Origin: Alphaproteobacteria bacterium
GTDB taxonomy: Bacteria > Pseudomonadota > Alphaproteobacteria > GCA-2731375
Reading direction: 5' to 3'
NCBI GenBank assembly: GCA_965225945.1
Contig: CBDDBZ010000003.1
Span: forward strand, 1-32,580
DNA: 32,580 bases
A model generated the notes under the pieces. That model was not told the DNA's origin, did no database searches, and saw only the letters and a list, made by a program, of their open reading frames with translations. Below are positions 1-7,784 of this stretch, in pieces. Position 1 is the stretch's first letter; each line of letters starts with the position of its first letter. Made by a program: the position numbers and the translations under genes.

Positions 1-1
1 C

Positions 2-205
2 GGAGACGATTTCTTCACGGCGACCCGCTCGGCCGTGTTCGGCGGCACCACCACGGTAATCCCCTTCGCGGCCCAGCAGAAAGGGCAATCGCTTCGAGAG
101 GTGGTCAAGGATTATCACCGCCTTGCCGGCCCGAAGGCGGTGATCGATTATGGCTACCACCTTATCATCTCCGACCCAACGGCGCAGGTGCTGGGCCAGG
201 AACTG
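2..205 (+). pseudogene. hydA: Dihydropyrimidinase/D-hydantoinase internal fragment (enters from the window edge; 3' part lost at the IS6 junction)
   Basis: Frame from base 2 reads GDDFFTATRSAVFGGTTTVIPFAAQQKGQSLREVVKDYHRLAGPKAVIDYGYHLIISDPTAQVLGQEL, typical of cyclic amidohydrolases. Similarity stops just before the IS6 left IR. Confidence 0.8.
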
Positions 206-212
206 TGTCGCT

Positions 213-1018
213 GGTGCTGTCACGGTAACTGGCTGGTGTCAGCTGCGGGTGGCGAGTAGCTTCCTGTTATGAACAAGATCAGCTACCGCCGACATCGGTT
301 TCCTGCAGAGATAATCCAGCGCGCCGTCTGGCTGTGTTTCCGGTTTCCGCTCAGTTACCGCGATGTGGAGGATCTGCTCGCTGAACGTGGTGTCGATGTT
401 TCTTACGAGACGATACGGCGCTGGGCTTTAAAGTTTGGGCAGGCCTATGCCCGAAAACTGAGACAATCACGCCCTCGACCAGACGACCGGTGGCACCTTG
501 ATGAGGTGTTTTCCTCCATCAACGGAAAACGGATGTATCTATGGCGGGCGGTGGACAGCGAGGGTGAGGTGCTGGATATCCTGGTTCAGTCCCGGAGGAA
601 CAAGAAAGCAGCACTCAAGCTGATGCGCAAACTGCTCAAGAAGCAGGGGTATGCGCCGAATAAGGTGGTGACCGATAAACTGCCATCTTACGGGGCAGCA
701 TTGCGTGATCTCAACATGACGGGGAAACACGTTACCGGCGGACGGAGCAATAATCGGGCGGAGAATTCGCACCTGCCGGTTCGACAACGAGAACGCAGGA
801 TGCAGGGCTTCAAGTCATCAGGATCGGCGCAAAGGTTTCTCTCCACCCACGCCGCCATCTACAACACCTTCAATGTCCAACGTCATCTGATCACTCGCAA
901 GACAATGCGCCAATTCCGCGGTGACGCGATGAACACGTGGCGGACCGTGACCGCTGCTGCGTGAGCCGCTCAGTTCAGACGTTCAACTGCGACCTGCCTT
1001 CGTTAAGTTGACAGCACC
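213..1018 (+). mobile_element. IS6-family insertion sequence (806 bp)
   Basis: Terminal IRs GGTGCTGTCACGGTAAC (213-229) and GTTAAGTTGACAGCACC (1002-1018), 14/17 match. Flanks GTGTCGCT and GGCCGTGG differ, so there is no TSD. Confidence 0.95.
269..964 (+). CDS. IS6-family DDE transposase (231 aa)
   Basis: Motifs YRRHRFPAEII, WHLDE, YLWRAVD, VTDKLPSY, NNRAENSH; ORF intact. Confidence 0.95.
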   Translation: MNKISYRRHRFPAEIIQRAVWLCFRFPLSYRDVEDLLAERGVDVSYETIRRWALKFGQAYARKLRQSRPRPDDRWHLDEVFSSINGKRMYLWRAVDSEGEVLDILVQSRRNKKAALKLMRKLLKKQGYAPNKVVTDKLPSYGAALRDLNMTGKHVTGGRSNNRAENSHLPVRQRERRMQGFKSSGSAQRFLSTHAAIYNTFNVQRHLITRKTMRQFRGDAMNTWRTVTAAA

Positions 1019-1336
1019 GGCCGTGGTGTTCACCACAAGGTTCTCGTCTCCTGTGGCATCGAGGTGCGTCATCGAAAGCCGGGCACCAAGCTCGACAACC
1101 GGAAAGACGGACGCTATGCCGGACGCGTTCGGCTCGCCGTCGTGCTCGACCGTAGCGCCGAGTCGCTCTGTGGTTCGTCGAGAGCACCGTCGCGCCGGGA
1201 TCGCTGATCGTTACTGACGATTGGAGCGGCTATGCTGGCCTCGGTAAGCGCGGCTATGAGCACTTCGCTGTTGCCGAGTGTGGTGATCCAGAGGTTGCCG
1301 AGCAATACCTGCCGATCATCCATCTGGTTTTCGCCA
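1019..1336 (+). pseudogene. IS1595-family transposase, middle part (5' removed at the IS6; frameshift ~1174; interrupted by IS256)
   Basis: Not in the ORF track. Manual translation from 1019: GRGVHHKVLVSCGIEVR...GRVRLAVVLDRSAESLCG / FVESTVAPGSLIVTDDWSGYAGLGKRGYEH...YLPIIHLVFA. It continues in frame after the TSD at 3551. Confidence 0.9.
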
Positions 1337-1392
1337 GGCGATGTCCCACCCAATGTTGAAAAGTGCGAGATAGGCATCGTCTGATCGAGAGG

Positions 1393-2691
1393 CTACGCGG
1401 CCACCTCGATGTCTTCAATGACGGACTTTGCTCCGGCCTTTCTGACCGCCTCCCGCAGGGCGGCGTCGAGGACGGGGAGCTGGCGGTAGGCCTTGAGGCG
1501 GCGGAAGGTCTTTTGCGCCTCCAAGAGGCCGGCGGCGGTCCAACGCAGCGCCATCTCGGCGTGGCGCCAGCGCTTGACGTTCCGCTGCACCGTCCGGACG
1601 GTGCCGATCGCGTTCTCGATGGCGTTGGTGCAAGCCAGCGAGTGTCGAAGTTGCGGCGGGAGGCCGAGCCGGATCACGGTCAGGATCTCGTCCAGGCCCT
1701 CCAGGATCGAGCCCGAGACGCCGGGTGCGTCATGCTCCAGACGGCGGGCGAGGTTGCGCAAGAGCCGTTCGGCCTTGGCCGCGTCGTCCTGCTGCCAGGC
1801 CTGCCGCAAGACCTTCCTGACGCCGGCATGGAGGCTCTCGTCCAGCCGGTCCGTGATGTTGCGCCCCTTGTGCACCTGGCGGCGCTGGAGGGCCGCCGCC
1901 CGCCCGAAGGTCCGCCGGATCGCCGTCGAGAGCGCCTTGGCGCCGTCGACGATGTAGAGCCGAGGCCGTTCGGGATCGAGACCGCGCTCGATCAGGTTGT
2001 CGAGCATGGCTTGCACCGTGGCCGCGTTCTCCGTCGCGCCCTCGGCCAGGCCCAGCACGTGCTTCGCGCCGCCGGTGTCGATGCCGATCGCCGCCACCAT
2101 CAGGTGATCGCCGACATGGAGCCCGTCGATCTGGAGCACCACGAGATCGAGATCGTCGAGCGGGCTCGCCAGCCAGGCCTTCAGCTTGCTTCGCGTCAAC
2201 GCCACGAAACGGCGCGAGACCGCCGACTTCGAGGTTGCGTCACCCGATGCCGCCGGCAGATCGCCGCCCGCATCGTCCGGCAGGCGCACCGCGCGGGCAT
2301 ACTTGCGGGTCGAGACGTTGATCACCATCAGATTCATCGCCCAGGCTTGCAAGAGTTCGGGTTCCGACAGCAGCTCCCAACTCGGCAGGCTCATCTCCCG
2401 ACCCGCGAAGTCCCCCACCCGAGGGCGCTCGACCTTCACTTTGCCGCCGTGGTAGGCGATCTCGCTCCGGGTCGTGCCCCATCGATGGCCCTTGCGCTCG
2501 CCCGAGCCGGCGTGGCGCGAACCGCACAAGGCTTCCGCGTCCGCCGACATCATCTCGTTCAAAGACTCGAGGCCCGCCAAAAGGCAGAAGCGATCGACGC
2601 TCATGCGCAGATCGTCGAAGGCCTCCGGCATCGATGGCAAGAGCCGACAGGATGGTTCCGAGGAACGGTCGTTGCGTGTAGTCTTGGTCAT
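1393..2691 (-). CDS. IS256-family (Mutator-like) transposase (432 aa)
   Basis: Motifs VSTRKY, LQIDG, IVDGAKAL, QRRQVHKGRN, TNAIE; RBS AAGGAG at 2701-2706 on the minus strand. Confidence 0.92.
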   Translation of the reverse strand: MTKTTRNDRSSEPSCRLLPSMPEAFDDLRMSVDRFCLLAGLESLNEMMSADAEALCGSRHAGSGERKGHRWGTTRSEIAYHGGKVKVERPRVGDFAGREMSLPSWELLSEPELLQAWAMNLMVINVSTRKYARAVRLPDDAGGDLPAASGDATSKSAVSRRFVALTRSKLKAWLASPLDDLDLVVLQIDGLHVGDHLMVAAIGIDTGGAKHVLGLAEGATENAATVQAMLDNLIERGLDPERPRLYIVDGAKALSTAIRRTFGRAAALQRRQVHKGRNITDRLDESLHAGVRKVLRQAWQQDDAAKAERLLRNLARRLEHDAPGVSGSILEGLDEILTVIRLGLPPQLRHSLACTNAIENAIGTVRTVQRNVKRWRHAEMALRWTAAGLLEAQKTFRRLKAYRQLPVLDAALREAVRKAGAKSVIEDIEVAA

Positions 2692-2822
2692 GGCGTCGTT
2701 CTCCTTGATGGAATCTTGCCTATCCGGTTATCACCCACACCCACTATATGTAGTGTGTCTCCTTGGACTGCAGGCAAGGGCCGGCGCAGGCGCATTGAGG
2801 AGGCGATCCGGCTAATTCTTGA

Positions 2823-2851
2823 TTGTTCTGAAAACCGAACCGGAGTTTAAT
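2823..2851 (+). promoter_or_regulatory. Candidate sigma70 promoter for the cassette passenger gene
   Basis: TTGTTC (2823-2828), 17-nt spacer, TTTAAT (2846-2851), followed by a GGGGGA RBS-like motif before the GTG at 2886. Confidence 0.4.
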
Positions 2852-2885
2852 TCACGTCACGTACTTAACATCGGGGGACGGAACG

Positions 2886-3194
2886 GTGGCGACCAAGGGA
2901 AAAACGAAGAAACCCACGGCCAGACGGGAAGCTGCTGATGAAACGACATCGTCTGAGCGATTGACGGCACTAGTCGAAGAAAGCGACGCGCTGGCACGAA
3001 TCGTTGCGAATAACCCGTCCGCGCCTGTTAGTCTCCTGCGCGTTTTGAGTCACAGCGAAGACGAAGCGACACGCAAGAACGTGATCCTCAATCCGTTTAC
3101 TCCATATGACGTATTGAGCGAACTTGAAAACCAGTTCACAGAGCTATTTGTGAATAATCCGGCACTCGAATCCTACAATTCAATGGAGCTCTGA
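2886..3194 (+). CDS. Leucine-rich-repeat-variant (LRV)/HEAT-like helical repeat protein, 102 aa, possibly C-terminally truncated
   Basis: About 24-aa periodic motif: ARIVANNPSAPVSLLRVLS / RKNVILNPFTPYDVLSELE / LFVNNPALE. Lower GC than the host genes. Confidence 0.7.
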   Translation: MATKGKTKKPTARREAADETTSSERLTALVEESDALARIVANNPSAPVSLLRVLSHSEDEATRKNVILNPFTPYDVLSELENQFTELFVNNPALESYNSMEL

Positions 3195-3344
3195 TTTCCT
3201 GGAATATTCCATCGGTGTCGTTCACCTCCGATTTCAGATAAATTTCAATGAAGTGACGGTCCTTTATGCAACGTGGCGTTTTGCCAAATCCGACTCAATG
3301 ATTAGGATTTTCACCACGCTAAAGTGTCGCCTAAAAGCCGCTAC

Positions 3345-3453
3345 AATGCCGTCCGAGTCCCTGCTCGGCATCGCCGGAGATATCTCCGCTTCGACCTGCA
3401 CCGAGCTTTACTCAGGAAAATGGGTGGACACTATATATAGTGGGTGTGGGTGA
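3345..3453 (+). pseudogene. C-terminal scrap of an IS1595 transposase inside the cassette
   Basis: SLLGIAGDISASTCTELYSGKWVDTIYSGCG* aligns with SLLGIAGDTSAPTYAELYSGEWRHPTCSGHGR* at 3678-3776. Confidence 0.85.
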
Positions 3454-3550
3454 TAACCGGATAGGCAAGGATGGAATCAGCACCCAGAGCCTAGCGGCTC
3501 CAGGCGGACGACGCCTACTTCAGCTTTTCAACAGAGCCCGGGACATCCCC

Positions 3551-3789
3551 TTTCGCCAACCTGAAGACGTGGCTGATCGGTATCCACCACGGCGTTAGCC
3601 ACCAGCACCTACAAGCCTACCTCAACGAGTTCACCTTCCGCTTCAACAGGCGGTTCTACCCGTTCAACGCCTTCCGCTCATTGCTCGGCATCGCGGGCGA
3701 CACCTCTGCTCCAACCTATGCCGAGCTTTACTCGGGAGAGTGGCGGCACCCTACATGTAGCGGTCATGGGCGTTAACCGGATAGGCAAG
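3551..3789 (+). mobile_element. 3' part and right IR of the interrupted IS1595-family (ISSod11-like) element
   Basis: Reads FANLKTWLIGIHHGVSHQHLQAYLNEFTFRFNRRFYPFNAFRSLLG...GHGR* (stop 3774-3776) and ends TAACCGGATAGGCAAG at 3789. Confidence 0.92.
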
Positions 3790-4008
3790 CGTCGATACGG
3801 TCGAAAATCGCGGCTACCTTCTGGTTTTGGAAGTGGAATAGAAGAACGACAGACATGTTCGGCGCGAGGTATCGATCGGCGATCGAACGATGCGAAGAGG
3901 TTACAGCGGACTCGGGGCGCAGCTAAAGAGTACGTTGAGACGCCGCTCCCAGGTGCACCCCTCGGTGAATCTCTCCCCGATCGGCCCTGCCGTAGTTGCG
4001 CCGGTTGG

Positions 4009-4644
4009 TCAGGAGTCGACCGCTGCCGCTTCCCGCTCGGCCTTCTCCCGCTCCCACTCGGCGAATTCCTCGGCCGTCAGCCCCCAGCTCGGCGGCTCCT
4101 TGAGGTATTCCTTCTCCTCCGGCGTGCTGTCGCGCCCGAGCACCGCGTTGCGGTGCGGGAAGCGGCCGAAACGGAGAATCGCGTCGCGGTGCCCGATCGC
4201 GGCCGCCAGCGAGCGCTCCTCTCCCAGCCCCTTATAGAGCTCCAGCGCGCGGTCTTGGTCCGCGACGTTCTCGCTGTGCTCGAAGGGGAGGTAGAAGAAC
4301 ACTCTGAACGCCGGGCAGATGCCCTCGTCGTAGCCCCGGTTCAGCGCGATGCGGGCGATCTCGCGCGCCTTGGCGTCGGATGCGAAGGCGCGCGGCGTGC
4401 CGCGGAAGATGTTACGGGGAAACTGGTCGAGCGCCAGCACCAGCGCAAGGCACTCCTTGCGCGTCTCGACGAAGCCATCGAAAGCCCCGCCCGCCGCCCG
4501 CTCGTGGCTTACGGTGTAACGCTCACGCAGCGTGGCGTCGAACTCGGGCGTGGAACGGAACCACACCTGCCGCCGCTCCATCACGGTGGAGAGGTCGGTG
4601 GTGCCGAACCAGAATGTAAGAATGTCTTCCGCGATCAGGTGCAT
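4009..4644 (-). CDS. DUF924 family protein (211 aa)
   Basis: Motifs ILTFWFG, LDQFPRNIFRGTPRAFASD, FFYLPFEHSE, RFGRFPHRNAVLGR.STPEE. Confidence 0.92.
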   Translation of the reverse strand: MHLIAEDILTFWFGTTDLSTVMERRQVWFRSTPEFDATLRERYTVSHERAAGGAFDGFVETRKECLALVLALDQFPRNIFRGTPRAFASDAKAREIARIALNRGYDEGICPAFRVFFYLPFEHSENVADQDRALELYKGLGEERSLAAAIGHRDAILRFGRFPHRNAVLGRDSTPEEKEYLKEPPSWGLTAEEFAEWEREKAEREAAAVDS

Positions 4645-4680
4645 GGGATTGGGGAGGAACCGCTGGCATTGTCAGACTAA

Positions 4681-4760
4681 AATGAGCGCCACGGCCCGCG
4701 CCGGTGAATGACCTCGGCTTTGTAAAGACCATTGATGGTCTCGTCCAGAGCAGTCATAGA
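4681..4760 (-). pseudogene. IS3-family OrfB (integrase core) remnant
   Basis: ETINGLYKAEVIHRRGPWRSF matches the region around the catalytic Glu of IS3/IS51-type transposases. Confidence 0.75.
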
Positions 4761-4780
4761 AGCCGCCGACTGATACTGCG

Positions 4781-5954
4781 CTATTCCGCGGCATCGAGGT
4801 CTCGGTCGATGCTGTCTCCGATGCGGGCGGCGGATGCCTTGACGGTGTCGCGGGCGAGATGGGCGTATCGCGCGGTCGTCTGGACCTGCGTGTGTCCCAG
4901 CAATTTTCCTATCATGGGCAAGCCCTCGCCGAGCGCCAACGCGCGGGAAGCGAACGAATGGCGGAGGTCGTGAATTCTCACCCCGTCGAGTCCGGAGCGG
5001 GCTCGGATACGCCGCCAGGGGTGCTGCAGGTCGGTGAGGTGCCAGCCCGGCTTGCGGCCCGCGATCACCCACGGATTGTCCTCATCGCGGGGCAGGGAGG
5101 TCAGCAACCGTACGGCGGAGGGCGCAAGCGGGACCGCCCGCCCGCCGGTTTTGGTGTCGGGCAACCTCAGCTCGCCGGCATCGAGATCGACATGCTGCCA
5201 GCGCAGTTTCTGGATTTCCGACAGCCGGCAGCCGGTCAGCATCAGGAGACGGATTGCGGCTACCGCCGAGCGGGTCTCCGATCCGTCCCCCAGAATCTCG
5301 TCGAGAACCTGGCCAAGCCGGGTGAACTCCTCCGCGCTCAGGAATCGTTCGCGCTTCTCCTCCTTGTAGCGTTTGACGTGCAGGCAGGGGTTTGAGCCGT
5401 CCGGACGCAGACCCCACAACTCGGCCAAGTTGAACATTTTTGAAAGCACCCCGAGGGTCCGGTTGGCCTGATAGGGAGTCTCCCGCATGCCATGGTGCAG
5501 TTCGGCGATGTCGCTCCGCTGGATCTCCGTCACCTTGCGGGTTCCGATCCTGGGGTCGATGAAGAACTTCACCGAACGGCTGGTACTCGTAGGCCGTGCT
5601 CGGCTTGCAATGGACCGGGACGTACTCTTCCAAAAACCGCTTACCCAGAACCTTCATCGTTGCCGCCTTGCGGCCCTTGTCTCGAAGGGCGGCCGGATCC
5701 TTACCGCCCTTGGCCTCCGAGATCAGCGCCATGGCACGCCGCCGTGCGGTCTCCGGCGTCACCGCCCCATGGCGGCCCAGGGTCATGCGGCGCAGCCGGC
5801 CGTTGGCGCGGAACTGGACGACGTAATACTTGCGTCCCGAGGCGCGGACGCGAAGGCCGAAACCGGGGAGATCGTCGTCCCAATAGAACTTGTCCGATCC
5901 GTCTCCGGTGATCCTGTCGACGGTTCGTTTGGTGATCTTGATTTGGGCGGGCAT
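4781..5954 (-). CDS. Tyrosine recombinase/integrase with N-terminal arm-DNA-binding domain; one frameshift at ~5579
   Basis: N-terminus WDDDLPGFGLRVRASGRKYYVVQFR. Catalytic motifs TGCRLSEI, TKTG, HDLRH, LLGH, RYAH. Removing one C at ~5579 joins the two ORFs (YEYQRSVKFF). Confidence 0.92.
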
Positions 5955-6079
5955 GGCGGGTTCCCGGTGGAAAGCGTTCGTTCACGCGGTGATGGAGGGG
6001 ATGACGGCACAGAGCGAAGGCGGGCGCGGCCTGGCAGAGTGTGGAGTTGCCATCGTCTTCCTCATCATCGTCACCCTTT

Positions 6080-6246
6080 GGAATCACATGGGAATCAACA
6101 GGATTACAAACCCTGCGCATCCGTGCGCACCATTGTCATGGTGACCGACTCTTGCGCCGTCCACAAACCCCTTGTAAAATAGGCAATTATCACACATCAG
6201 CGCATCCCTGCGCACGCATGACTGCAATTGTCCTCTTCACTCTTAC
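6080..6246. other. Putative att-site region of the integrative element
   Basis: Tandem GGAATCA repeats (6080-6086, 6091-6097) and a 16-bp direct repeat GCGCATCC[G/C]TGCGCAC (6115-6130, 6200-6215). AT-richer, non-coding, upstream of the integrase, and ends at the istB breakpoint. Confidence 0.4.
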
Positions 6247-6296
6247 GCAAACTCTTCAGTTGGTGATCGAGCAGGAGGCGTGGGGCTTCAGCCATG
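6246..6296 (-). pseudogene. istB: IstB N-terminal stub
   Basis: MAEAPRLLLDHQLKSLR overlaps the end of istA, then similarity stops (LP.. expected). Confidence 0.75.
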
Positions 6297-7784
6297 TCCG
6301 GCGCCTCCCGCCAGCAAGGTTGCGTAATCGGCGATCCGTGTCGCGGCGACAAAGGGCTGGGGGAGGTGAGGATAGCGAGAGAAGTCCAGGTGGGCCGGTC
6401 GCCTCTCGATCCGGGCCAGGAGCAGATGCTTGACGGCATCGAAGCCGACCAGGCGCCGCTTCACCGCCTCGCGCACCGCCACCCTCACCTGGCTCTCGGG
6501 GAAGTCCTCCAACAGGCGCAGCACCTGGATGTACTCCCGCTTGCCGCGATGGCCGAAGCGGGCTTCGAGGAGATGGCGCAGCTCGTCGAAGGCGGGATCC
6601 AGCTTCCACCCCAGCAGCGGGGCCGCTTGATCCAGGGCACCCGGCTTCTTCTCCAGCAAAGACAGATAGTGCAGCGGGTCGTAGACCACGTCGCCACGCA
6701 CATAGGAGCGGGGATGACGGGCGATGATCTCGGCGCCGAGAGTGATCTCGACCCGGTCGACATAGCCCTTGACCATCACGTCCTTGTAGGCGTGGACCGT
6801 CGGCGCCGAGTAATCCACCAGCCGGTAGCGCACCAAGGCCATCGAGGAGACCTGCCCGGGATGTTGCTCACAAGCCTCGAAGGGGACGGCCGGTAGATCG
6901 CGCAAAGCCTCGAGGTCGGCCAGCAGCGCCGTTGCCTTCTCGCCTTCCTCCAGGGCGTCGAGACGCGCCAGGCAACCCGCCATCAGCTGTTCGTTCAGGG
7001 CGTCCAGGTCCCGCACCTTTGGGATCGGCACGAAGAACTTGCGCCGCGCCGTCTTCACCAGCGCCTCGACCTTCCCTTTGTCGTTGCCCTTGCCGGGCCG
7101 GCCGAAGCGGTCGCGGAACAGATAGTGCGACTGCAGATGCGAGAAGGCCTGGGTGCGGCGGCGCTCGCCGTCGCCCATGATCCGCGCCACCGCCAGCGTC
7201 GTGTTGTCGTACAGGATCGATCGAGGGATCCCGCCGAAGAAGGCGAAGGCGCTGACGTGCCCGTCCAGGAAAGCCTCCGTCGTCTCCCGCAGGTAGGCCT
7301 TCACGAACCAGGCGTTCGAATGGGGCAAGATAAAGCAGAAGAAGTGGACCTTCTCCCGCTTGCCACGCAGATCGACCACCGCTTGGCCAAAGTCTGCCTG
7401 GGCATGGCCCGGCGGGTGATGCAGCGGCACGAAGGCTTCGCGTGTCGACTGCCGCTGAGCGCGGACGTAGTCCTTCACGATGGTGTAGCCGCCGGTGAAG
7501 CCGTGCTCGTCCCGAAGCCGCTCGAAGATCCGTTGTGCCGTGTGCCGCTGCTTGCGCGGCACATCCCGGTCCGCCGACAGGATCGCGTCGATGACCGCCG
7601 TGAACTCTTCCAGCTTCGGCCGTCTCACCGGCATCGTCCGCCGATACCCCGGCGGCGCCGAGTAGCTCAGCATCTTCTTCACCGTCCGGCGGTCGATGCC
7701 AAACCGCCGCGCCGCCTCACGGTGGCTCAGCCCCTCATCGACAACTGCCAGCCGAACCTGCGCATACAACTCCACGCCATACAT
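6288..7784 (-). CDS. istA: IS21-family transposase IstA (498 aa)
   Basis: HTH at the N-terminus, PRKQRHTAQRIFERL, AQADFG, LYDN, KGKVE motifs. Confidence 0.95.
   Translation of the reverse strand: MYGVELYAQVRLAVVDEGLSHREAARRFGIDRRTVKKMLSYSAPPGYRRTMPVRRPKLEEFTAVIDAILSADRDVPRKQRHTAQRIFERLRDEHGFTGGYTIVKDYVRAQRQSTREAFVPLHHPPGHAQADFGQAVVDLRGKREKVHFFCFILPHSNAWFVKAYLRETTEAFLDGHVSAFAFFGGIPRSILYDNTTLAVARIMGDGERRRTQAFSHLQSHYLFRDRFGRPGKGNDKGKVEALVKTARRKFFVPIPKVRDLDALNEQLMAGCLARLDALEEGEKATALLADLEALRDLPAVPFEACEQHPGQVSSMALVRYRLVDYSAPTVHAYKDVMVKGYVDRVEITLGAEIIARHPRSYVRGDVVYDPLHYLSLLEKKPGALDQAAPLLGWKLDPAFDELRHLLEARFGHRGKREYIQVLRLLEDFPESQVRVAVREAVKRRLVGFDAVKHLLLARIERRPAHLDFSRYPHLPQPFVAATRIADYATLLAGGAGHG

Larger units (their letters stand above)
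2715..3469. mobile_element. Non-autonomous IS1595-derived cassette (MITE/MIC-like, 755 bp) with a passenger gene
   Basis: 42-bp terminal IRs with 1 mismatch (CTTGCCTATCCGGTTATCACCCACACCCACTATAT[G/A]TAGTGT; 2715-2756 and 3428-3469). 8-bp TSD GATGGAAT at 2707-2714 and 3470-3477. No intact transposase. The terminal 16 bp equal the IS1595 end at 3774-3789. Confidence 0.92.
1337..3550 (-). mobile_element. IS256-family element (1451 bp once the internal cassette and its TSD are removed)
   Basis: Imperfect IRs GGCGATGTCCCACCCAATGTTGAAAAG (1337-) and reverse complement GGGGATGTCCCGGGCTCTGTTGAAAAG (-3550). Perfect 8-bp TSD TTTCGCCA at 1329-1336 and 3551-3558. Confidence 0.95.

Noticed and set aside
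1363-2850. 495-aa plus-strand ORF
   Set aside because: Antisense shadow of the IS256 transposase; no recognisable motifs; common in GC-rich DNA.
3253-3453. 66-aa ORF as a second passenger gene
   Set aside because: Its second half is the transposase scrap; the first half has no RBS or recognisable features.
3718-4680. 320-aa plus-strand ORF
   Set aside because: Crosses the IS1595 end and runs antisense to DUF924; Arg/Pro-rich shadow.
6080-6215. Direct repeats as a mini-CRISPR or iteron array
   Set aside because: Only two copies of each, too short, and no cas or rep gene.
6236-6275. tRNA gene next to the integrase
   Set aside because: No cloverleaf or GGTTCGA T-arm; only a 7-bp resemblance to an anticodon loop.
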